Below are positions 9,863-19,069 of a stretch of DNA of 64,000 nucleotides, piece after piece. Where the stretch lies: positions 1,120,001 through 1,184,000 of the forward strand of contig OZ242358.1 of the NCBI GenBank assembly GCA_965208835.1, given 5' to 3'. Numbering within the stretch: the first letter of the stretch is position 1; each line of letters starts with the position of its first letter. This DNA comes from Candidatus Latescibacterota bacterium (GTDB lineage Bacteria; Latescibacterota; UBA2968; GCA-2709665). The notes beneath the pieces are model-generated. The model saw only the letters and a list, made by a program, of their open reading frames with translations, made no database searches and was not told where the DNA came from. The position numbers were made by a program, and so were the translations under genes.

Positions 9863-10007
9863 CGTTGCATAACCACGATGTCATCCGGCTCGAAGCGGTC
9901 GACGAATGCGCTGGACTGTGTGCTGACCAGCACCTGGGCATGTCGGCTTACGGAACGAAACAGGGAGGCGATCACGTCCGCCGCGCACGGGTACAGTCCG
10001 ATTTCCG
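9863..10007 (-). pseudogene. Remnant of a paralog of the 11513-12613 ATPase
   Basis: EIGLYPCAADVIASLFRSVSRHAQVLVSTQSSAFVDRFEPDDIVVMQR aligns with ELGLDPCAVDVIATLFRSVSEHAQVLVSTQSSAFVDTFEADDIVVVQR; no start codon seen. Confidence 0.85.
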
Positions 10008-10071
10008 TTTTACGCTTGGTCTGTACGAAAATATCAAACTTGGCCGCGCGGCCTGTCTTTACCCGTTGGAT

Positions 10072-10377
10072 TTATTCAACTCGCTCCAGAACCCGCACCT
10101 CAGCCTGCAATCGTTCGCCCAGTCGGTCTCGTTCCAACTCCAGTTCGTAACGGGATTGAAGATTGAGCCAGAATTGACCGGTGGTCCCGAAAAAACGCGC
10201 CAGGCGCAGCGCGGTGTCCGGAGTTACGGCGCGTTTTCCATGCACGATCTCGTTAATTCGGCGAGGCGGAACAGAAATGTCTTTCGCAAGTCGATATTGA
10301 CTGATTCCCAGAGGGTTCAGGAATTCTTCGAGCAGGATTTCTCCCGGATGAATCGGTGGCATTGTGGCGGCAGGCAT
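10072..10377 (-). CDS. higA: HigA-family antitoxin (copy 1)
   Basis: PPIHPGEILLEEFL...RINEIVHGKRAVTPDTALRLARFFGT...FWLNLQ. Confidence 0.96.
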   Translation of the reverse strand: MPAATMPPIHPGEILLEEFLNPLGISQYRLAKDISVPPRRINEIVHGKRAVTPDTALRLARFFGTTGQFWLNLQSRYELELERDRLGERLQAEVRVLERVE

Positions 10378-10386
10378 AAATACCTC

Positions 10387-10668
10387 CTAATGGTAATCGA
10401 CGATCTCGACATGAGCTGCGCGACCCGCCTTCCAATCGAAGCAAATGCGCCATTGCTCATTTATTCGGATACTGTATTGTCCCATGCGATCTCCGGAGAG
10501 TCTCTCCAGCATGTTGCCCGGAGGCGAACGCAAGTCTTGCAATGAAGCGGCTGCGTCCAACAGAATGAGCTTCTTCAGGGCGGAGCGCGCTAACACTGCT
10601 GAGAATCTCCGCGTCCGCTCGCGACGGAAGACCCGCTCAGTATCCTTGTCACGGAAAGATTCTATCAT
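10387..10668 (-). CDS. higB: HigB (RelE-superfamily) toxin (copy 1)
   Basis: MIESF...PPGNMLERL...YSIRINEQWRICF...VEIVDYH; toxin upstream of antitoxin. Confidence 0.96.
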   Translation of the reverse strand: MIESFRDKDTERVFRRERTRRFSAVLARSALKKLILLDAAASLQDLRSPPGNMLERLSGDRMGQYSIRINEQWRICFDWKAGRAAHVEIVDYH

Positions 10669-10683
10669 TCTGTCGAACTATGG

Positions 10684-10712
10684 ATAATAACGCATTGCGT
10701 TAATAATGTCAA
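10684..10712 (-). promoter_or_regulatory. sigma70 promoter of higBA copy 1 with overlapping palindromic operator
   Basis: TTGACA-N17-TATTAT on the minus strand; TAACGCA-T-TGCGTTA at 10688-10702. Confidence 0.85.
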
Positions 10713-10965
10713 GTCCGACCGCATGCCGGATGGGATGAAACTCGTGCGATTTGCCACGAATGGGTATTGAAGCAACCAGGAGGGAATCGACTTACTCGTT
10801 TTTCAATGCGGGGTATGCCTGCCTACTCGAAGATCAACGAGCTCAAACACCTACCGCCTGCCGAACCGGACTTCGCGGGGTCGGGTTGGTCGTGAGACGC
10901 ATCTTTAAAGACTCCCTGTGCCTACGATACTTGAACTTTGCCCGTGATTCGCAAATGTTTCCGAT

Positions 10966-11454
10966 ATGGCCGGCAGGAAAACTGTCAATCGCCGGCGAAA
11001 GGTTCACCTTCCGACGCAGGTTGCCGACATGCAAATGGAATCCTGCCAAATGTTGAGCGAACGAATCGCGAGCCTGCTCGAACCTCGCCCGGAGGTTCTT
11101 GAGGCTTACCTGTACGGTTCTCACGCGCAGAGCCGGGCACAGCCCCACAGCGACATTGACGTCGCCGTTTACATCGATGAATCTGTCGCTGAAGAGGGCG
11201 CGTTCGGGTATCGGGCGCAGCTTATCACGGAGCTCATGGCCGGCCTCCATAGCAACGACATCAATCTCCTGATTCTCAACCAGGCCCCACCGGCTCTGTA
11301 CTACCAGGTGCTGCGCGACGGCATACGTGTCCTGTCCCGTGATGTGGCTGAGACAGCGACGCGGGAAGGGTACGCGGTTTCCCGATACTGCGACTTCGCT
11401 GCCCATCTTGCGAAAATGGATGAGGCGTGTCGTTTGGGCGCCTTGCGAGAATAG
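10966..11454 (+). CDS. Minimal nucleotidyltransferase (MntA-like); true start may be 11029
   Basis: AYLYGSHAQSRAQPHSDIDVAV (GS-X10-DxD), ILNQAPPALYYQVLRDG. Confidence 0.88.
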   Translation: MAGRKTVNRRRKVHLPTQVADMQMESCQMLSERIASLLEPRPEVLEAYLYGSHAQSRAQPHSDIDVAVYIDESVAEEGAFGYRAQLITELMAGLHSNDINLLILNQAPPALYYQVLRDGIRVLSRDVAETATREGYAVSRYCDFAAHLAKMDEACRLGALRE

Positions 11455-11512
11455 TCGAGCGCAATTCCCTTCCTGAGATACTCTGTTCGATCCTCCTGCA
11501 GAATTCGAACCC

Positions 11513-12613
11513 TCAATCCGTCCCTTCGTCGACGCTGTCCTTTTCCCAGATTTCTCCGAGGGCGTATTCCTCAACCCATGAGTCGAGTTCTTCGGCCTGG
11601 GGTCTCTCAAACTCCGTCGCTTCCTGATTTCGTTGCACAACCACGATATCGTCCGCCTCGAAGGTGTCGACGAATGCGCTGGACTGCGTGCTGACGAGTA
11701 CCTGGGCATGCTCGCTTACGGAACGAAACAGGGTGGCAATCACGTCGACCGCGCAGGGGTCCAGTCCAAGCTCCGGTTCGTCCACCACAATCAGGGTCGG
11801 CAGTTTCTCCGCAGGTTGCAACAAAAGCGAAATCAGACAGATGGCGCGCAGGGTGCCGTCCGAAAGCTGGTGAGGGCCGAAGACGAGATCCGACTCGCGA
11901 TGCCGCCAGTTGAGGATGATGTCTCTTGTATCGGCGGGCTCCAGATCGAAGTCATCGAAGAACGGCGCCACCTGACGGATGGTGGTGACAATGCGCCGGT
12001 AATCGGTTTCACTGGTGGACTTCAGCGCGTAGAGCATCGCAGCCAGGTTGCCCGCGTCGGGCTTGAGCCAGCGGTTATCCCCCATGTAACCGTATTGTCG
12101 GACTCTTGACGTCGGCGATGTATCGTGAAAGTGATAGACGCGGCAACGATTCAACAATGCCCGGAGCGTTCTCGCCGTGGGCTCCCCTCGTTCCGCCAAA
12201 TCCCCAATCTTCGTTTCCAGATGCCCGACGCCCAGCTCTACTGTCTTGGGGCTGGGATAGCCTTCCTGATGGAACGCAACCGTTTCTTCCGCGAAAATGA
12301 GAGAGTCGCCCGCGGCGTGGAATAGTCTCATATGGTAGGTGTCCATTCCGTTCTCCACCTCGAACACCATTCTCGCTTCCAGCTGTGGGGTCACTCTCGG
12401 GCCGAAGTGCAGATTTCCGGTGGCCCGACCCGTGGCGCCGATGTGCTGCTGGAGGCGTACGGCCATCAGCTCATTCACCAGCTTGAAAAAGGCGATGAGA
12501 TTGCTCTTGCCGGCTCCGTTGGCGCCGATGAGGACGTTGAGCGGTCTGAGTTCCAACCCCATCTCTTTAATGGACCGGAACCCCTTGATCTCCACATTTT
12601 TCAGCGTTGTCAT
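11513..12613 (-). CDS. ABC/AAA ATPase (AAA_21, AbiEii/RloA-like, defence-associated)
   Basis: IKGFRSI, GANGAGKSN, YHFHDTS, LSDGTLR, VVDEPELGL. Confidence 0.88.
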   Translation of the reverse strand: MTTLKNVEIKGFRSIKEMGLELRPLNVLIGANGAGKSNLIAFFKLVNELMAVRLQQHIGATGRATGNLHFGPRVTPQLEARMVFEVENGMDTYHMRLFHAAGDSLIFAEETVAFHQEGYPSPKTVELGVGHLETKIGDLAERGEPTARTLRALLNRCRVYHFHDTSPTSRVRQYGYMGDNRWLKPDAGNLAAMLYALKSTSETDYRRIVTTIRQVAPFFDDFDLEPADTRDIILNWRHRESDLVFGPHQLSDGTLRAICLISLLLQPAEKLPTLIVVDEPELGLDPCAVDVIATLFRSVSEHAQVLVSTQSSAFVDTFEADDIVVVQRNQEATEFERPQAEELDSWVEEYALGEIWEKDSVDEGTD

Positions 12614-12828
12614 CGCAATTCCCTCATTTACCAGGCTGTCGAAGACATCTGGCAGAATGCAATTCTCGTGAATCCTTTATCGCTCTGAAGTCGTACTTAC
12701 CCTGAACACCGCATTGGGAGTTAGGTTTACACAGTGTGGTTCCGGCAGAGTTAAACACCAGGTAGCTTTGGAGGTGACGCGGAAATCGACCCTACGATCG
12801 CCCATAGACTATGTACACACTATTAGGT

Positions 12829-13134
12829 CTAATCCGCTCGCTCGAGGACCCGCACTTCGGCCTGCAATCGTTCTCCGAGGCGGTCTCTTTCCAACTCCAG
12901 TTCGAAGCGAGATTGAAGATTGAGCCAGAATTGACCTGTGGTCCCGAAAAAACGCGCCAGGCGCAGCGCGGTGTCCGGCGTAACGGCGCGTTTCCCATGC
13001 ACAATCTCATTAATTCGACGAGGCGGCACAGAGATGTCTTTCGCAAGTCGATATTGGCTTATTCCCAGAGGATTCAGGAATTCCTCAAGCAGAACTTCAC
13101 CGGGATGAATCGGTGGCATCGTGGCGGCAGGCAT
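12829..13134 (-). CDS. higA: HigA-family antitoxin (copy 2)
   Basis: Differs from copy 1 at 4 of 101 residues. Confidence 0.96.
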   Translation of the reverse strand: MPAATMPPIHPGEVLLEEFLNPLGISQYRLAKDISVPPRRINEIVHGKRAVTPDTALRLARFFGTTGQFWLNLQSRFELELERDRLGERLQAEVRVLERAD

Positions 13135-13143
13135 GAACACCTC

Positions 13144-13425
13144 CTAATGATAGTCGACTATTTCGACGTTGGCAGGGCGCCCCGCCTTCCAATCGAAACA
13201 AATGCGCCATTGCTCATTAATGCGGATACTGTATTGACCCATTCGATTTCCGACAAGCCTCTCCAGCATGTTGCCTGGCGGCGACCGCAAGTCTTGTATT
13301 GAAGCGGCTGCGTCCAACAGAATGAGCTTCCTCAGCGCGGAGCGCGCTAACGCTCCGGAGAATCTCCGCGTCCGCTCGCGACGGAAAACTCGCTCAGTAT
13401 CCCTGTCACGGAATGATTCTATCAT
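13144..13425 (-). CDS. higB: HigB toxin (copy 2)
   Basis: Differs from copy 1 at 9 of 93 residues. Confidence 0.96.
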   Translation of the reverse strand: MIESFRDRDTERVFRRERTRRFSGALARSALRKLILLDAAASIQDLRSPPGNMLERLVGNRMGQYSIRINEQWRICFDWKAGRPANVEIVDYH

Positions 13426-13440
13426 TCTATCGAACTATCG

Positions 13441-13469
13441 ATAATAACGCATTGCGTTAATAAAGTCAA
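13441..13469 (-). promoter_or_regulatory. sigma70 promoter of higBA copy 2 with identical palindromic operator
   Basis: TTGACT-N17-TATTAT; TAACGCATTGCGTTA at 13445-13459. Confidence 0.85.
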
Positions 13470-13599
13470 GCCCTACTGCATGGCAAATTGGACGAGACCC
13501 GTGCAACTTGCCAGTAATGGGTATTGAAGAAACCTGGAGGGAATCGACCTACCTGAATTTCAAACCGGGTATGCCGACCTTCTCAACGATCAACCGCTC

Positions 13600-16500
13600 T
13601 TAAAACACGTACCGCATACCGATCTGGACTTCGCGGGGGTCGCCGAGGCCGGACTGGACGGTGCCGTCGAAGTTGAACAGCAAGCCCGCGCTGGAGGGGT
13701 CGCGGTAGTTGTCCGTGTTGAGCAGGTTGAAGATCTCCACGATGGCTTCCAGAGTGCCGTTGCCCACGGGAATGGGACGCGTGAGGCGTACGTCCCAGGA
13801 GAAGAATCCGTGGTCCTTGCGCAGGGTGTTGCGCTGGACGATGCTGCCGTCCGCGCAGATGCGATCGGACGCGGGCCCCCACGGATTTGTCGAATGCTTT
13901 GTAGAAGCCCGGTTATTGCCGCCGCAGGCAGCTGAGACCGGCTGTGGTGAATAGAGGCTCACGCGATTGTTCATATAGATGTCGCCGGGCAGAACGGCGA
14001 GCGCCCAGGCATTGAAGCGGTGTCGCTGGTCGCGGTCGGACCAGCCCCACTCCCGATCCAGCCGGGTCGGATCGACGTAGCGGAACGTGAAGGGGTCGCG
14101 TTCGTTGTCGTCGTCGGACCTGTCCCAGGACATCGTATAGTTCGCCTGGAACTGCAGGTCGTCGTTTACCATCTGCCGCAGCCCCAGACTCAGGCCGCGG
14201 TATCGCGACCGCGCAGTACTTTCGACAACGGTGAGGTTGCCGATGCCATTGCCTCCCTCCGGCCCGAGACCGGTTGACCATGGAGATCCGAATACGGCGT
14301 CGTTGCGGTTGACGAAACGCGTGAGATTGTCGGTACGGGCGTAGGTAAAGTCGATGGATCCCACAAGACCGGCCGCTTGAAACTCGTGCTCGATACCCGC
14401 GTTCAGGCTGATGGTCCGCGGATTTTCGAAGCGCTCATCAAAGACATAAATGGCGGGCTGAAAGGGGTCGCCTTTGGGCGATGGCAGCAACTCTCCGTAT
14501 GTCGGCGGCGGCCCCAGGACCGGCGTCAACTCGCTCGACCGGTAGAGGGATTGCCCTCGCGAGCCATTTGTGGAGCGGGTGCTGGCCAGATTCAGTCCGG
14601 GTATGCGGGCGTAATAGATCCCCGCGCTGGCGCGCAGGAGTGTCCTGTTGTCGCCGTGCGTGTCAAAAGCCAGTCCGATTCTCGGCTGGATCATGTCGAG
14701 GTCGGAGGGAATCCTGCCGTTGGACGGGAACCTTTGTGCTCCCTCGTCGTTGGTCAACGTCTTGCCGATGAAATCGGCGAAGAAGACCCGGGAAGGATCG
14801 GTAATCGGGTCCGGCTGGATCTGCGCCTCCCAGCGCAGTCCATAGTTGACCGTCAGTCTGCCGGAAGCCTGCCAGCTGTCCTGTACGAACAGCGCCAATT
14901 CGTGCTGCGGGATGCTCTGTGTTCCCGCTTCCTCCACGGACAGCCCGCCCACGCCGGCCTGTTCCAGGTAGAACAGCACCGGTCCCGTAATCCTCGCGCC
15001 ATCGGGGCATTGTCCGTCGATACTGAAATTGCCGTTGGAGCACTCGACGTAGCGATTGCCCTTTTCGACGAAGTTGAGAAACCCGTCCACCGAGTTGAAG
15101 ATGTACCGTCCGTTGGCGAAGCCGATGAAGGTCTGCACGGATTCGACGCGGTTCCACTCGACGCCGGCCTTGAACAGGTGGCCGCCCCTGGCAAAGGAGA
15201 TATTGTTGAGCAGCTGGACGCGGGAGTCGTAGTACTCCACCGGGATGAAGAAGGGCATCCCGAAGCGATACCCGTATTCAAAGTCCATGGCGGTATCGGG
15301 GAAGGGGCGCCCCGTATAGGGGTTAATCGGACCCTCGTAGGGACGCGGACGGTCCTCGCGTGAGACCTGGAACCGGAATTCATTGATGGTGCTCGGCGAC
15401 AGAAGCGATACCAGGCTGCCGTTGAAGGCGTGCGACCAGTCTTTCTCAATCGCATTGGCGCTGCGCGCCCAGGAGTCCACGTCGAAGGTGCCGTTTTCCT
15501 GTTCGGACCATGTGTAGTTGTATTTAAAGGTGGCGGAGTGGTCCCTCGACAGGCGAAGGTCTACCTTGGCCAGAAAGGCGCGGGCGTCGTTTGTACGATC
15601 GATCGGACCATAGTCGCCATTCAATGCCCCTTCGAAACCCGTGTCCATAAAGGCTCGCAGCCCGGGGTCCATGCGTGCCGCGTCGCTCTGCCGGGTGTCT
15701 CTCAACACCTGCTGGTCGTACGCCGCGAAGAAGAACGCCTTATCCCGCTTCAGGGGACCGCCGAGCGTGAACCCGAACTGTCCCTGCCTGAAGCTGGGCC
15801 TGCGTTCCGTGCCGTTGTGCCTCGCGATTTCGGAGAGCGCGTCGTGCTTGCCGAAGAAGTGCGCCGATCCGCTGAGCGTGTTCGTGCCCGATTTGGTGAT
15901 GACATTGACGAAGCCGCCGCTGGAGCGACCGAACTCCGCGTTGGCGCCCTGGGGGACGACGACGATTTCCGCGACGGCGTCCAGATTGAAGGTGAAGGCC
16001 GGGCGCTGCCCCCCGCGCTGCTCGCCGAAAAACGGGTTGTTGAAATCCGCGCCGTCCACCGAGATGTTGTTGTGGATGCCGCGCTGCCCGCCGATCGTGA
16101 GTTCGTCTCCATCGGGACCCTGGACGATGCTCACGCCGGGGGTCAGGAGCGTGAGGTTGAGGAAGTTGCGCCCGTTGTTGGGAAGGTCCTGTACGGCTTC
16201 CTCAGGAAGACGGGTGGCTGTCTCGGTCCGCGTAACGTCCACGGCCGGCCTTCTGGCCACGACGACGAACTCCTCCATTTCAATAATCATCTTGATGACC
16301 AGATCAACGGTCTCTCCTACCCGGACCTGCACTCCGGTTTGTCGGGCTTCTGACCATCCCTCCGCGCGTACCGTCACGTCGTAGAACCCGAGAGGCAGCA
16401 GGGTGGCGGTGAACAGGCCCGCTTCGGATGACGCCAGGACACGCCGGTAATTGGTACCGGCTTCCCTTAGGATGACGGTGGCGCCTTCGATGGGACTGTT

Positions 16501-16638
16501 GAACTGATCGCATACGAAACCCCGGATCACCCCCGTTGTGGCCTGGGACTGGGCTCCCGCCGTGCCGCTTACCAGGGCAATTAACAGCAGTACGAGGGAT
16601 AGCGTGCGACCGGGGGTTTGTCGTTTGCGTGGGGTCAT
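13600..16638 (-). CDS. TonB-dependent receptor, Oar-like, with N-terminal carboxypeptidase-regulatory-like domain
   Basis: Signal peptide, LPNNGRNFLNLTLLTPGV, AEFGRSSGGFVNVITKSGTN, QDSW...NYGLRWE, EIFNLLN, C-terminal Phe. Confidence 0.93.
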   Translation of the reverse strand: MTPRKRQTPGRTLSLVLLLIALVSGTAGAQSQATTGVIRGFVCDQFNSPIEGATVILREAGTNYRRVLASSEAGLFTATLLPLGFYDVTVRAEGWSEARQTGVQVRVGETVDLVIKMIIEMEEFVVVARRPAVDVTRTETATRLPEEAVQDLPNNGRNFLNLTLLTPGVSIVQGPDGDELTIGGQRGIHNNISVDGADFNNPFFGEQRGGQRPAFTFNLDAVAEIVVVPQGANAEFGRSSGGFVNVITKSGTNTLSGSAHFFGKHDALSEIARHNGTERRPSFRQGQFGFTLGGPLKRDKAFFFAAYDQQVLRDTRQSDAARMDPGLRAFMDTGFEGALNGDYGPIDRTNDARAFLAKVDLRLSRDHSATFKYNYTWSEQENGTFDVDSWARSANAIEKDWSHAFNGSLVSLLSPSTINEFRFQVSREDRPRPYEGPINPYTGRPFPDTAMDFEYGYRFGMPFFIPVEYYDSRVQLLNNISFARGGHLFKAGVEWNRVESVQTFIGFANGRYIFNSVDGFLNFVEKGNRYVECSNGNFSIDGQCPDGARITGPVLFYLEQAGVGGLSVEEAGTQSIPQHELALFVQDSWQASGRLTVNYGLRWEAQIQPDPITDPSRVFFADFIGKTLTNDEGAQRFPSNGRIPSDLDMIQPRIGLAFDTHGDNRTLLRASAGIYYARIPGLNLASTRSTNGSRGQSLYRSSELTPVLGPPPTYGELLPSPKGDPFQPAIYVFDERFENPRTISLNAGIEHEFQAAGLVGSIDFTYARTDNLTRFVNRNDAVFGSPWSTGLGPEGGNGIGNLTVVESTARSRYRGLSLGLRQMVNDDLQFQANYTMSWDRSDDDNERDPFTFRYVDPTRLDREWGWSDRDQRHRFNAWALAVLPGDIYMNNRVSLYSPQPVSAACGGNNRASTKHSTNPWGPASDRICADGSIVQRNTLRKDHGFFSWDVRLTRPIPVGNGTLEAIVEIFNLLNTDNYRDPSSAGLLFNFDGTVQSGLGDPREVQIGMRYVF

Positions 16639-16843
16639 ATCAGTAGATCAGGCGTTGGCTGTTGTGTGAGGTTAAGAAGCACTTCGTCAATTGCCAGGCA
16701 CAGAAACCGGTGAATATTGTGTCGACCACGCTACCTGGTCTTCTGTTGAAAGCAACCGCGTGCTCTCCGGGAGAGAACGGGCAGATGCGGAGGACGGGAC
16801 GCGCTAAACGCACGGGTCCTATCACATTCATTCGGCATTTGGG

Positions 16844-16877
16844 GTTTTATCCTCTCCATCCTGTGTATACATGTAAA
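16844..16877 (-). repeat. Short TTACATG..ACAGGAT..GGAT repeat, copy 1
   Basis: Reverse complement tttacatgtatacacaggatggagaggataaa resembles 18736-18766. Confidence 0.45.
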
Positions 16878-16963
16878 ATTTCGCATTTTGAATTTGGTTA
16901 GACAATAAAAAAAGCGACTTATCGTCGCCCTTGATTATTCCAATCCCCTCACATGTGCTTCTC

Positions 16964-17476
16964 TTACGCCGCCGAGCCCGGCCGTCGTAATTCGACGCGC
17001 CCGTGTTCGAGCAGCGTGACCACCCTGGCCTCCGAACACTGCATCCGCTCTGCAATTTCAGTTATGGTTTTGCCCTCGTCCTGATAAAGGCGTACCACCT
17101 CCGTTCTGTCGATCCCCGGCACGTATCCCTTGTTTCCTTTAAACCCGGCGTGTTTTGTGACCTGTATATCTCCAGTAACCTCCACCTGACAGGCCAGGCG
17201 CAAATTACCCTTCAGCAGCAGAAAGCGCAGGTTTTCCCTTGCGCCCTTCACGGTGAGTCCGTCCTGCGGGACAACCTCGACCGTGCAGGTCCCACACAGC
17301 CCGTTGCCTTCGCAATTCATGAAGCGGGTGATTCCGTTGTACAGACCGATATCGTTATCGATTGCCAGTTGCCGGAGGTTGGTGTGCGGTTTGCACTCGA
17401 TCGTTTTGTCCCAGTTCGTGAACGTAACCTTGCAGACCTTCTTGCGCTCCGGCAGACTTCCAACAAATGTGGACAT
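16964..17476 (-). CDS. 2Fe-2S ferredoxin fused to a C-terminal helix-turn-helix
   Basis: CEGNGLCGTC...RLACQ; C-terminus VVRLYQDEGKTITEIAERMQCSEARVVTLL. Confidence 0.85.
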   Translation of the reverse strand: MSTFVGSLPERKKVCKVTFTNWDKTIECKPHTNLRQLAIDNDIGLYNGITRFMNCEGNGLCGTCTVEVVPQDGLTVKGARENLRFLLLKGNLRLACQVEVTGDIQVTKHAGFKGNKGYVPGIDRTEVVRLYQDEGKTITEIAERMQCSEARVVTLLEHGRVELRRPGSAA

Positions 17477-17488
17477 TGGAACCCTTAA

Positions 17489-17527
17489 AGAAGCTGTCAG
17501 CTTTCAGCCGTCAGCTATCAGCAAAAA
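17489..17527 (+). repeat. Heptamer tandem repeat (TCAGCNN)
   Basis: agctgtcagctttcagccgtcagctatcagc; a short similar motif lies at ~22387. Confidence 0.6.
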
Positions 17528-17823
17528 GCTCAGAGGCGATGATATCTTGAATCGACGTCCGCGCTCTTTAATTGCGGTTGTAGGACCGACCCTTGTGGTC
17601 AACCGTGCCTTCCCGTCTCCCCACGTGCTTCTACCTTCTCACGGCCTACAAGGTATCGTTTTTCGCCTTTGTACACAAGCGGAAAACGGCGTCGCGGGCA
17701 ATCCCGTCGAAAACCGTCTGAAATGTGCGCAAACCGATCGAATTTGGTATATTAGGGTACTTCTGAAGGGCAGGCCCCTTCGACGAACGCCGCTATCGGA
17801 AACAGCGAGGATGCGCAAACCCC

Positions 17824-18726
17824 ATGGACGAAAAAGAAACGAAGTCGACTCCATCCGGCGAGACGGCCGTGCGCCAGGCCGTTACCTCCCATCCAAGGCT
17901 GTTCGAAAACAACCGGTACGTCTATCCGGTACTCTCGCGGCGCTCCGGCGGCATCTCCGTCGGCATCAATCTGAATCCCGACAAGATCTGCAACTTCGAC
18001 TGCATCTACTGCCAGGTGGACCGCACGGTCCCGCCCGCGCTGCGCGATGTGGACGAAGACCGGATCATCCGCGAACTCACTGCACTGCTTGACGACGCAC
18101 TTTCCGGCGGCCTCTTTCAACACCCGTCCTTCCGGAGTATTCCAGACCAGCTGAAACGGATCAACGACATCGCATTCTCCGGCGACGGCGAGCCGACAAC
18201 CTATCCCAGGTTCCGGGAAATCGTGGAAAAAACCGCCGACGTCAAACGTGAATTCGACCTGCCGGAGGTTAAAATCACCGCAATCACCAACTGTACACGC
18301 TTCCATGTCCCGGCGGTTCTGGACGCATTTGAAGTCATGCACAAGAATAACGGCGAAGTCTGGGCCAAGCTGGAAGCGGGCACGGCCGAATACTACCACC
18401 TGGTAGAACGTACGAAGATTTCTTTCCAGCGGATCGTGGACAATCTGAATCTGGCCGCGCGACGGTGGCCCCTTGTGATCCAGAGCCTGTTCATGCGCGT
18501 TCACGGCCAGCCGCCCCCCGACAACGAAATCCTCGCCTTCTGCAACGTCCTGTCCGACCTCCTGGTACAGGGTGGGCAGCTCAAAAACATCCAGATCTAC
18601 ACGGTTGCCCGAGAACCCGCCGAATCGTACGTCACCGCCCTGAGCGACGCCGAAGTCAACCGCATCGCCCAGACCACGCGCGAAAACCTGCCCGGCATCC
18701 CCGTCGAGTCCTACTACGGCGCCTGA
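17824..18726 (+). CDS. Radical SAM Fe-S oxidoreductase (COG0731-like)
   Basis: YPVLSRRSGGISVGINL, CNFDCIYC, FSGDGEPT. Confidence 0.92.
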   Translation: MDEKETKSTPSGETAVRQAVTSHPRLFENNRYVYPVLSRRSGGISVGINLNPDKICNFDCIYCQVDRTVPPALRDVDEDRIIRELTALLDDALSGGLFQHPSFRSIPDQLKRINDIAFSGDGEPTTYPRFREIVEKTADVKREFDLPEVKITAITNCTRFHVPAVLDAFEVMHKNNGEVWAKLEAGTAEYYHLVERTKISFQRIVDNLNLAARRWPLVIQSLFMRVHGQPPPDNEILAFCNVLSDLLVQGGQLKNIQIYTVAREPAESYVTALSDAEVNRIAQTTRENLPGIPVESYYGA

Positions 18727-18735
18727 ATCGCAGAA

Positions 18736-18766
18736 TCTTACATGGATGGACAGGATAAACGGGATT
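18736..18766 (+). repeat. Short TTACATG..ACAGGAT..GGAT repeat, copy 2
   Basis: cttacatggatggacaggataaacgggatt just after the radical SAM stop. Confidence 0.45.
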
Positions 18767-19005
18767 GAAGAGGCATGATTCTGGTCCTGTCAATCTGACG
18801 TATATGAGTTTTCTGCGCTTCCGCACTCACGTCGCCAAGCTGCGCCCAGGCGACCGAATCGTGCTTGGGAGTTCGGCAGGCCGACGATGGACCTCTTGCC
18901 AGCGTCGCTCAATTCCTGATCCCGAGTCGATGTCCCTGGCCTTCCAGAAATCACATCCTCGCCCGGGGGCCCAGTCCACGGTCGGGCGCGAGCTCCTGAG
19001 CCGCT

Positions 19006-19024
19006 CCCTGAGCCTGTCGAAGGG
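19006..19024 (+). repeat. REP-like motif CCCTGAGCCTGTCGAAGGG
   Basis: Same family as the inverted pair at 46897-46980. Confidence 0.6.
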
Positions 19025-19069
19025 TCGGCGAGGGTGTTCCCTCTGGTTACCGACATTGGAGGTAAAGAC

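Larger units (their letters stand above)
10072..10883 (-). repeat. Diverged ~0.8 kb direct repeat, copy 1 (higA-higB-promoter-degenerate TBDR 3' tail)
   Basis: Collinear with 12829-13642 by eye, including non-coding DNA. Confidence 0.9.
12829..13642 (-). repeat. Diverged ~0.8 kb direct repeat, copy 2
   Basis: Collinear with 10072-10883; includes the true 3' end of the TonB receptor gene. Confidence 0.9.

Noticed and set aside
9813-9941. N-terminal extension of HsdR in the ORF track
   Set aside because: It reads through the ATPase remnant in another frame; HsdR-like sequence begins at MNKKN (9812).
11460-12624. 11-bp direct repeat CGCAATTCCCT flanking the ATPase (11460 and 12614)
   Set aside because: It may be a relic of the duplication, but it is too short to support a mobile cassette and has no inverted ends.
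16640-16830. Riboswitch upstream of the TonB-dependent receptor
   Set aside because: No cobalamin, TPP or other aptamer consensus was recognised.
18803-19000. Possible decayed nucleotidyltransferase (AKLRPGDRIVLGSSAG) upstream of mazE
   Set aside because: Similarity covers only a few residues and no DxD motif follows in frame.
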